The notes: generated by a model not told the origin, from the letters alone. 64,000 nucleotides of DNA from a virus (IMGVR_UViG_3300013121_000054:1-64000), one strand, 5' to 3'. Counted from the stretch's first letter, positions 19,143-29,442 are shown. Numbers and translations are program-made.

Positions 19143-20927
19143 TTATACCGCAGTAACGTGCAATGTTTCTTCGCCTGAGCCCATGCTTGTAGTCGGCGGG
19201 CTGCTGTTTCCACCAGTCGGTAGCGGGTGAACGTGTGCATTGAACACGCCCGCCGCCGCCTCTGTAAGCAGCTTGAGGAAGGTGCCACCTGTCGGGCCGA
19301 CCTTAACATCGCCAGCAGCCACTTGCAACAGACTCGTGCTGTAATGGCTGCCCCATGATCCAATCTGCATAGTCGAACCATCGATAAAGATATTGCCACT
19401 CGCAAACATATTGATCGTAGTTAGCGCACTCAGGGCGCCGAATGTGATGTGCTGGTTGTCTACATTGAAATCCAGCCCGGTAAAATTGGTTGCCGATTGC
19501 GCATATCCAGTGAGCGTCTCTTGCATCGGCACGTTGTATGTGCCGCCTCTGCCGTCGCTCAGATTTAAGGTGGTAGTGCTATTGCCCAGGATGAGCGCAG
19601 AGCCCGACGAGATCCGCGTGACACCACCGCTCACCATATTGGCGGTGCCGGTCGCGATCTGGGTCATGGTAATGACATTTGTATTCATCAGCGCAGAACG
19701 CAGCAAAAGCTGTCCACTGGGAGTATCAGGGCTACCGATATCGCGAATACCACTCGATATGCGCACCGTCTGACCACCGATCGATACCGTGGCAGGTGCA
19801 CCGACCAGATTCGGGATTGTGATCTCATCAGAGCGCATGCCCATCTGAATATCGTTACCCTGAAGCTTAAGCACCGAATTTGGTACCAGCCCTGAGGATG
19901 GCTGAGCGTTAATGATTATCTGCTCTGAAGTGAGATTAGTCTGTCCAAGCGGACCATCGACGCGGGTATTGATCGAGTTATATGGCCGGAAGCCTAAACT
20001 GCCTTCGTTAAGACCTCTATTGGCAATCAGGTTAATCTGCCCGGCTCGCTGCGGCACCTGTCCGTCACTGCCGATATCGACGGTGGCGCCAGTCAGTGTG
20101 GCGCGCTGCGCACCGCACGCTTGCAAGAGAGTAGCGAACATTGTCAGATTTGTGGTGACGCCCTCATAGCCAAAGGTCTGCACCGGTTGGTGCGCTTCCA
20201 GGGCGAGCCCGTCTGTTTTGGTGAGTTGCCCCCCGATCAAATCAAGCTCTGTCTCTGCCTGGATGAAAATGTTGCGACCCGCCTGCTCAGATATGCTGTT
20301 CTGCGCATAGATAGCGATGTTGCCAACGTCTGCGCGAATGTTGATGTCATTCTCGTGAGAGATCAGATCCATGCGTTTCTGAGCTTCGGCCTTGAACTGA
20401 TTCTGAGCCTTGAAGAAGATCGAACCAGCGGCGGTGAAATTCATATCCTTCAGCGCGTTGACATCGAAATCACCCACCGCCTGCATAAAAATATCGCCAT
20501 TCTCCAGCATCCTGATGATCGAGCCGCGGCTGTGTCTGATTAGCAGCTCGCCTGGCTTCAGCTTGTTATCGCCGCCGATCTGATCTATGTCTGGCAGTGC
20601 TGTAGCGGGTGCCCGCATCGGCGACAAATAAAACATAACAGCGCAAGCATAGACCCGCTCATCTCTTTCAAGAATGCAGACAAGAACCGGCTCGCCCTTC
20701 TTTGGATAATACTGAATGCCAACCTGGTCACCGGCCCAGATCGAACCAAGGGGCATCCAGTCTGATATTTCGGCGATATCTGCTGAGTCACGCTGTGTGA
20801 GTAGCTCGACCCTGACATGATTGAGCTGCGGATCGTATTCAGCGATCACGCCCAGGTGGAATGCGCGATAATCACCCACCGCCTGCACGGCCGCATGTTT
20901 CATCTGATGCGCGAATTCTGATGACAT
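19143..20927 (-). CDS. baseplate central spike (gpV/gp45-like), long form
   Basis: N-terminal OB-fold (LGVIAEYDPQLNHVRV...SDWMPL...PKKGEPVLV), beta-helix repeats, C-terminal FNAHVH metal-tip motif. Confidence 0.8.
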   Translation of the reverse strand: MSSEFAHQMKHAAVQAVGDYRAFHLGVIAEYDPQLNHVRVELLTQRDSADIAEISDWMPLGSIWAGDQVGIQYYPKKGEPVLVCILERDERVYACAVMFYLSPMRAPATALPDIDQIGGDNKLKPGELLIRHSRGSIIRMLENGDIFMQAVGDFDVNALKDMNFTAAGSIFFKAQNQFKAEAQKRMDLISHENDINIRADVGNIAIYAQNSISEQAGRNIFIQAETELDLIGGQLTKTDGLALEAHQPVQTFGYEGVTTNLTMFATLLQACGAQRATLTGATVDIGSDGQVPQRAGQINLIANRGLNEGSLGFRPYNSINTRVDGPLGQTNLTSEQIIINAQPSSGLVPNSVLKLQGNDIQMGMRSDEITIPNLVGAPATVSIGGQTVRISSGIRDIGSPDTPSGQLLLRSALMNTNVITMTQIATGTANMVSGGVTRISSGSALILGNSTTTLNLSDGRGGTYNVPMQETLTGYAQSATNFTGLDFNVDNQHITFGALSALTTINMFASGNIFIDGSTMQIGSWGSHYSTSLLQVAAGDVKVGPTGGTFLKLLTEAAAGVFNAHVHPLPTGGNSSPPTTSMGSGEETLHVTAV

Positions 20928-22132
20928 TAGCTGAACAATCCTAGTAAGTTTTGCAAAGCATCGAGGGTGGCACCGGGTGGAATAGAGAGCGCCTGGAAGC
21001 GAGTGAGGAAGCCGTCGCCAGCTCCAAGCTGTGGAATGCCATAGCTGTGATTTACGTTCACCACTGTGAAATTCCTGCCTGCCAGCTCATCGAGATCGCC
21101 CTGCACGGTCTCGATCAAGTTGATGTTATCCTGCGGTTTCAGGTCTGGGTAGCCACAGATCACACCATCGATAGTGATTTCTCGCCGAGCGATATCTCGC
21201 GCGATCGCCACTGCTTTCTGGTTGCACTGATCTTGCGACAGCCCATGCTTCTGGAATGTATAAACCGGCACGCCATTGCCAGAGCCACCGGTCGCGCCGA
21301 CATAGGTACCAGCTTTTAGCGGATTAAACACATTCAGCAGCCCCGAGACCCCCTGGTCTTCGCCGACTTGATAGAGACTTGTGCCGCTGCGCTCCAGGCT
21401 ATTGGGCTTGGTGCTCTTTACCTCGACTCTGAATGTCTTGTTTCTGCGCGGTGCATACCCGCTGCGCAGATCGAGCAGCGGTATCCCGCCACTGTCTCGA
21501 TTGCTGATTGTGAGCGGATTCGGCTTCCAAATCATCGATAGAGGCGAGCTATCCTGCTGCTGTTTGAATACAAGCTCTTTGGCTGGCGTGCAGAAGCACT
21601 CAAAGCCAATCTCTTTAGCGAGGCGCTGCAAAATACCCCAGGGCGGCTGAGCGGGCAGGCTCCTCTTCTGCGGTGGAAGATTCGCGGTGAGTGGATTCGG
21701 CGGAGGCATGGGGCTGGGATCGACCAGAGGCGTCATGCCATAGACTCGGGCTATCTGGCTGGCTATCTGGCTGGGGGTCTCGGTACCGCGCAGCCCCATG
21801 CCTTCAAGCGTCCGATTTTCATCCATCAAGAGTGCTGACCAGTCACGCCCAGTGAGCGTGACCTCATCTTGTAGGTATGCTGTCTCTTTGTGCTCAAAGA
21901 TCCCGCCAAAGACCTTGCGGGTCGATCTGTCACCATCGGATGCAGTAATGCCGATCTCTACCGGCTGTTGCATATCTTGCAGCCTAATGCCCGCCTTCTT
22001 GAGCATCGTGCGCGTGGTCTCGATGTTGACTTTGCCCACCGTGCCCAGAGAACCGGCTTCCACAAGCCATCGAGTAAACTGGAGCGTGATACCACCGATG
22101 GTGATCGTGCAGTCTGGCTTGAATACTATCAT
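20927..22132 (-). CDS. baseplate hub (gpD/gp44-like)
   Basis: VTLTGRDWSALLMD, TPSQIASQIARVYG, WGILQRLAKEIGFECF, GYPDLKPQD. Confidence 0.8.
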   Translation of the reverse strand: MIVFKPDCTITIGGITLQFTRWLVEAGSLGTVGKVNIETTRTMLKKAGIRLQDMQQPVEIGITASDGDRSTRKVFGGIFEHKETAYLQDEVTLTGRDWSALLMDENRTLEGMGLRGTETPSQIASQIARVYGMTPLVDPSPMPPPNPLTANLPPQKRSLPAQPPWGILQRLAKEIGFECFCTPAKELVFKQQQDSSPLSMIWKPNPLTISNRDSGGIPLLDLRSGYAPRRNKTFRVEVKSTKPNSLERSGTSLYQVGEDQGVSGLLNVFNPLKAGTYVGATGGSGNGVPVYTFQKHGLSQDQCNQKAVAIARDIARREITIDGVICGYPDLKPQDNINLIETVQGDLDELAGRNFTVVNVNHSYGIPQLGAGDGFLTRFQALSIPPGATLDALQNLLGLFS

Positions 22133-22587
22133 TTGAAGAGCGTCGGATCGGGTGGAGCAGGTTGCGCAGGGTTGAGCGGTATCACAATGTCATAGTCGCC
22201 AGCAGGCGGAATGGGATCGGAAAGCCCGCTAGAATCAGCGATCACGGTCCAGAGCGTAGGGTCTTCGTATGCAATCGCAGCCTCTAAAAACAGATTCGGA
22301 TCGGTGCGCTTCACCGTGCTGGAGAGCTTCACGTCATTCAGCAAAAGATTTCTGATGATCTTGAGGAGTGAGACCATCTGGATAGTAGACTCGGCGGTCT
22401 CGGCATCGGGGCTGTAGTTGAGCGGTGTCAGCTCCACGATGATCAGCGTCGCCTCGCCAGCCAGGGTCGCGCGCGACTCGGGTGGCATCGCCTCCACCAG
22501 CCCGCCGCTCGACCTGAGCACCGCGTTATAGCTCTCTCTCAGAGCGTCGATCTGGGCACTGATGCTAGCGTTTAGCGTGAAGACCAT
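22129..22587 (-). CDS. tail initiator gpX/LysM-like protein
   Basis: LFLEAAIAYEDPTLWTVIADSSGLSDP...DIVIP. Confidence 0.65.
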   Translation of the reverse strand: MVFTLNASISAQIDALRESYNAVLRSSGGLVEAMPPESRATLAGEATLIIVELTPLNYSPDAETAESTIQMVSLLKIIRNLLLNDVKLSSTVKRTDPNLFLEAAIAYEDPTLWTVIADSSGLSDPIPPAGDYDIVIPLNPAQPAPPDPTLFK

Positions 22588-23039
22588 TACTGGAAGAGAC
22601 CTAGCTGAGTGAAGGCATTGTTAATGAGTTGCGTTATACCGCCAGAGCCATTGCTGGTGGTTGAGCCAGCGGTGCCTGGATTGTTTTGATCGATCAACGG
22701 CCTGAATTCAATCTCGTATTCTATGTAACCGCTGCGCTCGCGCGCTACGTAGTTTTGCACCACGCCAGTGAATCGATATCCCTGCCAGGTAAGATCAATC
22801 TCCTCTGCGTCGATGCGCAGTTGATCCAGGGCTTTCGATCTGTCCTGGGCATCCTGACCGGTGATAAAGCCTTTCCAGTTGATCTGCTCGGGCGCATAAG
22901 CGCCAAACTTCTGAGCGATCCTGCCGCCACCGGGCACCGGGTGGATAGCGAGACTCTGGAAGCCACCCAGCGCCAGCTCTTCTGGCGTCTCTTCTTCGGT
23001 GAGCTTTACCGACCCAATATTGACTTCAAATAGAGGCAT
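22587..23039 (-). CDS. tail tube initiator (gpU-like)
   Basis: follows the TMP; HPVPGGGRIAQKFG...INWKGFITG...LDQLR. Confidence 0.65.
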   Translation of the reverse strand: MPLFEVNIGSVKLTEEETPEELALGGFQSLAIHPVPGGGRIAQKFGAYAPEQINWKGFITGQDAQDRSKALDQLRIDAEEIDLTWQGYRFTGVVQNYVARERSGYIEYEIEFRPLIDQNNPGTAGSTTSNGSGGITQLINNAFTQLGLFQ

Positions 23040-25240
23040 TAGCCTGCGCCTCCTGCGGTCTGGTAGCTACTGAATGACGTGCCACCGGCATTGACCGTGC
23101 CGCCGATCGCTTGCCCCAGATGCTGGGTGAGCTTGCGCAGTACCTGATCGGCAACCTTGTGCGGATCTGCGCTCGCTGCATGAATGTGGATTCCACCCAC
23201 ATCGACATGCACGCTGCTTGCCTTGCTTGCATTGTTAGATGGCCTGCGAGCGATCGGAGTAACGATTGGGCGCTCTTGATTCGCCCAGCGATCGAGAGCG
23301 CTTGCAATATCAGAGCCGCCATATTTTCTCAGCTCTGAATCACCATACCGGCCATACGCTTTCTCAGCGTCACCAAGCCAATTCTCCATCCTCGGCAGCG
23401 AGAAGTGACCGACCTTGTTAATCCAATCGATCGAGTTATTTATGACACCGGCAAAGCTCGTGCCGAAGCTCATGAAAGCATTCGCGCCGACCTTGAAAGC
23501 ATCAGTAAGTGAGCTCCAAATCTTGCGCACGAAATCTAATTCGTGAGCAAACAAGCCCACCGTACCCTTAATCAGATCTATGTGCTGGTGGAGGAAGCCG
23601 GTGATCTTATCCCAGTTGGCGATCGCCAAACCGACACCACCGATCGCCAGCCCGAGCGCGGCAGTCTGCGGAGTCAGGCGCAAGAAGAGTGGCCCGAGCT
23701 TCGCCAGCCAAGGCAGCGCAGTTGTAAGACCCGCTTGCAAAGGCGTCCAGATAAGATTTAGCCCCATGAAGCCCGCTCTAGTTATGAGAGCAGCGCCGCC
23801 AAGAATGAGGGCGCTCGATGCCAATGCAGTCAATGCCACCCCGGCCTGCACCAGCCTGGGGTGCTGTTCCGCAAACTTATTGATCGCCACGACAAAGCCA
23901 TCTATCTTCAGAGCCATCGCGCTAAGCATAGGGATCGCTTGAGTGCCGATCGTTGCAAAAAGCGTCTTGGTGTCAGTCTCAAGCTGCGCAAGTCTATTGT
24001 GGAGCACCTGCATAAGCTCTTCTTGCATGGTGTTAATGCCACCGCCTGCGATGGCTTTCTTAACCTTCTCTTGATTGAACAAGAGCTGAGATTGAAACTT
24101 CGGATCTGAGAAGATCGCCGCGAACTTGTCGCCAGAGCCAAATGCGTATCTGAAGAGCGGCATGAGCATCTCTGCGGGCGCCACATTTGAGCCACCGCTA
24201 GCAATAACTCGATTAGCAAATTCGATAGTCTCGGGCGCTTTCTTGCCGAGCATCGGCGCAAACTTCAGCATCCGCTGCGCCAGCTCCACTCTGCCTGATG
24301 CGCTATTGGCTAGCTCACTGGTACCCTCGAGTTTGCGCGCCAGCTCCGATATGCTGAGCACCCCATCCTTGAAGACTGTGGAGCGCCCCTGATCATCCCG
24401 TATGCCCAGCGCAGAGAGTGCATAGGAAGACTTGCCGCTGAACAGCCCCGAGCCCATTACACCAGGAATGATCCGCGATAGAACGTTAGCAATATTGTTG
24501 CCAGAAAGCGCGCCTCGGGCACCAGCACCGCCACCGCCCGAGGTCTGCATCGCGGTCGCTTGCAGGACCATCAAATCTACCGGGTCGATCTTCATGATCC
24601 GGCTGCCGAGCGTGTTGACATAGCTGCCCATGGTGGCGAATCCCTTCATGCCACCCGGGATCGAAGTCGAAAGAGCTACCGCAGCATTCACGAGCGGTGT
24701 CATATCATCCTTCCCGCTTGTGCTAAACCGTCCAAATTGGTGCGCAAGAGCCGCCATGGTGTGCACGCTGGTCTCGGGTGACTCGCCCGTGGTCAGCTTC
24801 AGCACATCAGCACCCTTGGCAAAGAGCGGTAGCAGCTTCTTGATGTCAGCCATATTTCGGATGCCAGAAGAAGCCATGCCGGCTGCCATGCCTGCGAGGT
24901 CGGCCTTGCTGAAGATCGCAGTCTGGTGCGCTACTTCGCTAAGCATTTCGGAGAAACCAGCCATTTGCTGAGTCGATGAAAGCGTTGCGACCTGCACCCG
25001 CTTGATTGCTGTCTCAAGTTTCATGGCTTCCTTGACCGCGATCACGAGCGGCGCCGCGAGAGTCACACCAGCACCTGCCATCATGAGACCGCTTGAATAA
25101 AGCGATTGCACCTTATTGAGCTGCCCTTGCAGTTGCTTTGCAGCAGCATCACCCTGCATCAAGCTGGTGGTTACTCCAGCCATGGCGCCAGAGACCTTAT
25201 TGATCAGCTCGACAGTAATTCCAACAGTGAAGAGATTCAC
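23039..25240 (-). CDS. tape measure protein
   Basis: 733 aa, Ala/Gly-rich, with hydrophobic segments; after the tail chaperones. Confidence 0.85.
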   Translation of the reverse strand: MNLFTVGITVELINKVSGAMAGVTTSLMQGDAAAKQLQGQLNKVQSLYSSGLMMAGAGVTLAAPLVIAVKEAMKLETAIKRVQVATLSSTQQMAGFSEMLSEVAHQTAIFSKADLAGMAAGMASSGIRNMADIKKLLPLFAKGADVLKLTTGESPETSVHTMAALAHQFGRFSTSGKDDMTPLVNAAVALSTSIPGGMKGFATMGSYVNTLGSRIMKIDPVDLMVLQATAMQTSGGGGAGARGALSGNNIANVLSRIIPGVMGSGLFSGKSSYALSALGIRDDQGRSTVFKDGVLSISELARKLEGTSELANSASGRVELAQRMLKFAPMLGKKAPETIEFANRVIASGGSNVAPAEMLMPLFRYAFGSGDKFAAIFSDPKFQSQLLFNQEKVKKAIAGGGINTMQEELMQVLHNRLAQLETDTKTLFATIGTQAIPMLSAMALKIDGFVVAINKFAEQHPRLVQAGVALTALASSALILGGAALITRAGFMGLNLIWTPLQAGLTTALPWLAKLGPLFLRLTPQTAALGLAIGGVGLAIANWDKITGFLHQHIDLIKGTVGLFAHELDFVRKIWSSLTDAFKVGANAFMSFGTSFAGVINNSIDWINKVGHFSLPRMENWLGDAEKAYGRYGDSELRKYGGSDIASALDRWANQERPIVTPIARRPSNNASKASSVHVDVGGIHIHAASADPHKVADQVLRKLTQHLGQAIGGTVNAGGTSFSSYQTAGGAG

Positions 25241-25764
25241 AGCCTAAAGCCTCCAAGACCAGCCGCATTAAAAGTGCTCTGAAAGCCGGTTATCCCAGCG
25301 ACCGCAAAAATAGTGGCGCGCTGCTCAAAGCGTGGCACCACTTTCAGGGCCGCCGGTCCAAATACTGGCCGCGGCGGCATGTTTGCTGTACCCAGCTCGG
25401 TGTAAATGACATAGGGCAGCGTGGTGCCAATCTGCACGTTGAGCCGCTTCTTATCGACCGCATAACTCACATCGTCATGAAAGGCGCCAGTCGCATAGAG
25501 TGGTGAATCCGGATTGCCGTTTAGACCTTGCCCGAGTCGCGCCTTCTTCTCCACTGTCGATGGCGCGAGCGGTGCCCATGCTGGGAATAAACCCAGCGAC
25601 CCGGCCGCGGGCTGATAGTACCCGATATCACTCTGCACTTGGTCTTTTACCGCTTTGCCGACCTCATCCAGCAACTGATTCATCATCGCTGGATATGTTT
25701 TCACAGCAGCATGGGTGAGATGCTGGGCGAGGTGCGCGAAGCTGTTAAAGTGCATTGCCATCAT
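25237..25764 (-). CDS. HK97-gp10/virion morphogenesis-like protein
   Basis: WAPLAPSTVEKK, PLYATGAFHD, IYTELGTANMPPRPVFGPA. Confidence 0.7.
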   Translation of the reverse strand: MMAMHFNSFAHLAQHLTHAAVKTYPAMMNQLLDEVGKAVKDQVQSDIGYYQPAAGSLGLFPAWAPLAPSTVEKKARLGQGLNGNPDSPLYATGAFHDDVSYAVDKKRLNVQIGTTLPYVIYTELGTANMPPRPVFGPAALKVVPRFEQRATIFAVAGITGFQSTFNAAGLGGFRL

Positions 25765-25770
25765 TCAGCC

Positions 25771-25965
25771 TCAGCCTTTCGGTGGCGGATTAGGTGGCGG
25801 ATCTGTGACCTCGCCAGTCTCCCAATTGATTATGCGCCCGTTTATGTCCTCGACAACATACAAGAAAGCCTTGCGCTCGATTTCATCCATCGAGCATGCA
25901 CTTTTCCAATCTACGCCGCACTGAGCGACCTGCACGCACTCCCTGAAATCAGGGTCTTCATACAT
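25771..25965 (-). CDS. tail assembly chaperone, downstream (frameshift-extension) ORF
   Basis: 64-aa ORF overlapping the TAC stop at an A9 run; INWETG-type motif. Confidence 0.6.
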   Translation of the reverse strand: MYEDPDFRECVQVAQCGVDWKSACSMDEIERKAFLYVVEDINGRIINWETGEVTDPPPNPPPKG

Positions 25966-26437
25966 TTTTTTTTACATCGTCCAACTGGACGAAAGCAAAA
26001 TTCTCTATGAACTTGTGCCCCACAATCTCGGTGCCGTCGTCGCCGAGCTGATCGGCGATCAGCATGATGTCATCTTTGCTCTGCGGTGGATACAACTGCC
26101 TGCCGTTGATCGAGCGCACATACATGAGCGCTCTGGCGATACCCATCGAGGGATCATCCTGGCACCCTCGATACATCTGCCCGAGCTTAAAATGTAGAGC
26201 GCCTTTCGGCCTCGCCATTTCGATCGCTGCGCCATTGGGCAGGCTGAACTTGATCACCTGGTGATAATCAGCGCTCGGCTCTGCTGGCACCTGCACTACC
26301 TGCTGCGATTGGGATTCTGCACGCTTTGCCTCAATCATTCGCTCTTGTCTTTCGAGCGCCGCCTCTTGTTCATCGGCGAAGTTAGCTTGATCGCCAGTCT
26401 TAATGACTGTGCGCTGGAGTTTCTTGTCTTGCGTCAC
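25958..26437 (-). CDS. tail assembly chaperone
   Basis: between tube and TMP; ends GAC GAT GTA AAA AAA AAT GTA TGA. Confidence 0.65.
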   Translation of the reverse strand: MTQDKKLQRTVIKTGDQANFADEQEAALERQERMIEAKRAESQSQQVVQVPAEPSADYHQVIKFSLPNGAAIEMARPKGALHFKLGQMYRGCQDDPSMGIARALMYVRSINGRQLYPPQSKDDIMLIADQLGDDGTEIVGHKFIENFAFVQLDDVKKNV

Positions 26438-26440
26438 GGT

Positions 26441-26899
26441 TTAGCCTCGCTCTAAATATTGAGCGTCGAACATCAATTCTTGCTCGACCTCTTTATCCGT
26501 GATGAAGTGCCCGAAGTCGAAATCGCCGAGCGAGCATCCATACATCACGTAAGTGTCCTTTGTACCGTCACGATTCTGAATGTCGATCTGCAAATTGAAC
26601 AGAGGCAGCTCACCCAGATTGAAGAAATCGAGCGCCAACTGAATAGCAAGATCTGTTAATCTTCCATTCCTGCGCACGAATTTGATTGTGCCGCTCCAGC
26701 CGTTCGGGATATGCCGCCTGATCGCGCGCCCGCGAGCGCTGATTGGCTTGCACTCCAGCTTGGTATTTTGAGCCTTAGCCTGGAAGGACATAACGTGTCC
26801 AAGCGTGGTAGCAGCGAAGACCTCCCCGGTATCGATCCGGCTAAAGGTGATTGTGCAGTCTTGCCCGACGTTGATGTCATTCGGCAGAAGTGGTGGCAT
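26441..26899 (-). CDS. tail tube protein
   Basis: 152 aa directly after the sheath; beta-rich, NGWSGTIKFVR. Confidence 0.8.
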   Translation of the reverse strand: MPPLLPNDINVGQDCTITFSRIDTGEVFAATTLGHVMSFQAKAQNTKLECKPISARGRAIRRHIPNGWSGTIKFVRRNGRLTDLAIQLALDFFNLGELPLFNLQIDIQNRDGTKDTYVMYGCSLGDFDFGHFITDKEVEQELMFDAQYLERG

Positions 26900-26940
26900 T
26901 GATAAAACTCCTTTGCTTAATCAGATCGCGCGTCGGAAAC

Positions 26941-28494
26941 CTAGGCCGCTTGCTGAACTTCTTGAATGGAGATCACACCCAGACCGGCATTGAGAGTGGC
27001 GATCAGGTACTTGATGATTCCCATATATTCGACCTTGATCAGCACCCGGCAGAAGCCGAGTTTCAGATCGTCGATCGTGTTATTGGTCAGGTCGCAGATC
27101 GATTGGTGTCCAGCAATCTGATCGTCTGACTTAAGAGACTCGTGGAAAGTATTGAGCACAGAAACGATCGCAGCCCTGGTGGCATCATCAGACCTGTAGG
27201 TCATACGCTCGTGCACAAACGGCCCCAGGATGCCCAGGTAGGAATGCTTGAGGTAATTTGTCATGCGAGCGAAGGGGATCAGGTTTACCGAGTCATCACT
27301 GCTCGTGGTCTGACCGTGGCGCACACCGAAGACCTGACCGCGAGGAATCGGCTTTGTCACCAGGTTGATGCCATTCGATTCAAGCTGCTCCAGATCGGAT
27401 TGCCCGTAAGGCGTCGCAGCCTCAGTGGCATAAACACCCTGAACCTGCTTGTTACCAGGCGATTCACCAGGCCCAAGCGACAGCAAGCGCCCCATAAGAA
27501 TCGGATCTGGCTGAATCCAGTCTTGGGTCTTATTTACGCTGTCGGCAACTTTGCACCAGTCTTTCATGAGCACCACATTCTGAGTGTTCAAGCCGGCTGT
27601 CTTCTTCTGCGTCACCGCAGTAGATACACTCGTGCCGAAAGCGCAAGAAACGCTGGCAAGCATCTCCTCACTGTCAGCAAGAGCCGCTATCGCCGCCCAG
27701 TTGCTATTGCCCGTCACGCCAGCCGCCCAGAAGCCCGAGCAGGGCGGATCTTGTGCACGCAGCGCATAAAGCCCTTTGTTCGTGGTGGCATCGCCAATCA
27801 CATCGGCGGCAGCTACACTGCTGCGTCCATCTGTGCCACCCGTGAGGGTGAAGGTGCCGAGAGCTGGAGCGATCGCCGAGTTATTCGGCGCGCCCGCAGT
27901 GATGTAGTCGCTTGCAGCCTGATTAATAAGACCGCCATTGATTGCCTGCGCCAAAAGATTCCAGAAGTTGCTGGCACCCGAGCCATCAGTCTTGAGATTC
28001 TTGTAAACCTCGACGGTCTGACCATCCCACCGGATGATCGTGACGGTGACCGAATTGGTAACCGTGCCTGCTTCCAACTTCACTACAATGCTGTTACCAA
28101 GAATTCCGCTGTACTTAGCGGTAAGCGTGATGCCATCAAGCGCAGTGCCAGATGTCGTATCTTTCAGAGTCTTGCTTGCTTGCGCATCAGTACCATCGGT
28201 AACACGCGCCATATACAGTTGCAGCTCGCCCTCGGAAGCCTGCTTAAAGAACTGCTCCGCCTGCCAGCACAAATCATAGGGATCGGTGAGGCGCAAGGCG
28301 CTCACGCCACCAAATAGAGCGGCTGCATCTGCTGGACTTCCGACCAGTGCGATTGGCGGCCCCCAGGAAGCGGTACCAGCGACGCCACCAGCATTGGTAG
28401 GAGTGCGCGATTGCCGCGTGCTGAGTTTCGAGCTCAAGACATAAGCGTTTGAAGACTTCGGAATGAAAGACGAAGTACCATTGATTAAGGGCAT
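26941..28494 (-). CDS. contractile tail sheath protein
   Basis: GVAGTASWGPP, LYMARVTDG, TAKYSGILGNSI, LTGGTDG, LESNGINLV, ARMTNYL. Confidence 0.92.
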   Translation of the reverse strand: MPLINGTSSFIPKSSNAYVLSSKLSTRQSRTPTNAGGVAGTASWGPPIALVGSPADAAALFGGVSALRLTDPYDLCWQAEQFFKQASEGELQLYMARVTDGTDAQASKTLKDTTSGTALDGITLTAKYSGILGNSIVVKLEAGTVTNSVTVTIIRWDGQTVEVYKNLKTDGSGASNFWNLLAQAINGGLINQAASDYITAGAPNNSAIAPALGTFTLTGGTDGRSSVAAADVIGDATTNKGLYALRAQDPPCSGFWAAGVTGNSNWAAIAALADSEEMLASVSCAFGTSVSTAVTQKKTAGLNTQNVVLMKDWCKVADSVNKTQDWIQPDPILMGRLLSLGPGESPGNKQVQGVYATEAATPYGQSDLEQLESNGINLVTKPIPRGQVFGVRHGQTTSSDDSVNLIPFARMTNYLKHSYLGILGPFVHERMTYRSDDATRAAIVSVLNTFHESLKSDDQIAGHQSICDLTNNTIDDLKLGFCRVLIKVEYMGIIKYLIATLNAGLGVISIQEVQQAA

Positions 28495-28612
28495 TATGTG
28501 ATTCTCCGAAAGTAGCTAGCTCTGTCCGAGAATCAACTTAGGTTAGGTTTTTCGCAGGCGCAAAGGTAACTTGTGCGAAAAACAACACAATCGCATCTGG
28601 TGGCGCAAAAAC

Positions 28613-29440
28613 TTACTGAAGAGTAAAAAGAGGCGCGAGAATCTCCACAAGCATCTCTTTGCCCTGGATGTTGTATTCCAGGCTTGCGCGAAAATCTCGA
28701 CGATAAAGCGATCGATCCTTGTCGGCATCATTGACAGCGCTGCCCTCGTAGATCACACGCACTGCATCAAGCACATTCGGGTAGACCTCGACATTGAATC
28801 CATAGTCGTGCTGGAGTTGCGAGAGAAGAGGCTCAAGGAATTCCGTCAAGGAATCTCTATCGTCTTCTGAACCAGCCCATGCACTCACCTGGGCGACTGC
28901 ATACTGGCGATGAATCTGCGGCAGCGCTACGCCAACATTACCAACATTTACCTGGAGCCCAGGCATGGCATCGCTAAGCGTGATCACTGCACCGGCTGCT
29001 GAAGCTGTGAGGTAGTTGCTCAGGTCGGCACTGATTGCCGCTGCCAGCTTTGCAGCAAAAGATGAGAGGGTCTCGCCGCTTGCCGCTCTCACGGCCGTGG
29101 CGCGTTGCTGTCTTGGAAACAGTACGGCGATCCCATCATTCTCGATCACGCCATTGCTGAGCGTTATAGTCATTAGGTCGTCACTGAGCGTCGCGCGCAC
29201 CTCTGCCGGTGTCATTACCTGGGCGAGATCGGCGGCTTTCCACCTGGTGACATTTCGAGAAAATCCAGTGTCAACAACACTGATCAAAGTTTCATCGCCG
29301 CCCGAAACTTGATCAAGGCATTCTTTGGGTGGCCAGCCCCGCGCTACTCCCACCTTGGTATCTTTCAGGGTATCGAACTGCGCCAGACCGGCCTTGATCT
29401 GGCTTACCAATCCATCGAGCGCTTTGTTTATGGTTGCCAT
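28613..29440 (-). CDS. tail terminator/neck protein with inserted domain
   Basis: upstream of the sheath; GVARGWP..., SLYRRDFRASLEY. Confidence 0.55.
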   Translation of the reverse strand: MATINKALDGLVSQIKAGLAQFDTLKDTKVGVARGWPPKECLDQVSGGDETLISVVDTGFSRNVTRWKAADLAQVMTPAEVRATLSDDLMTITLSNGVIENDGIAVLFPRQQRATAVRAASGETLSSFAAKLAAAISADLSNYLTASAAGAVITLSDAMPGLQVNVGNVGVALPQIHRQYAVAQVSAWAGSEDDRDSLTEFLEPLLSQLQHDYGFNVEVYPNVLDAVRVIYEGSAVNDADKDRSLYRRDFRASLEYNIQGKEMLVEILAPLFTLQ

Positions 29441-29442
29441 AT

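Noticed and set aside
27142-28317. Long plus-strand ORFs opposite structural genes (also 33656-34795, 40524-41111, 47644-48417)
   Set aside because: Antisense shadows typical of GC-rich coding DNA; no motifs or RBS.
17555-28494. Extracellular contractile injection system, tailocin or T6SS
   Set aside because: Portal, capsid, scaffold and terminase are present in the same operon, so this is a complete phage.
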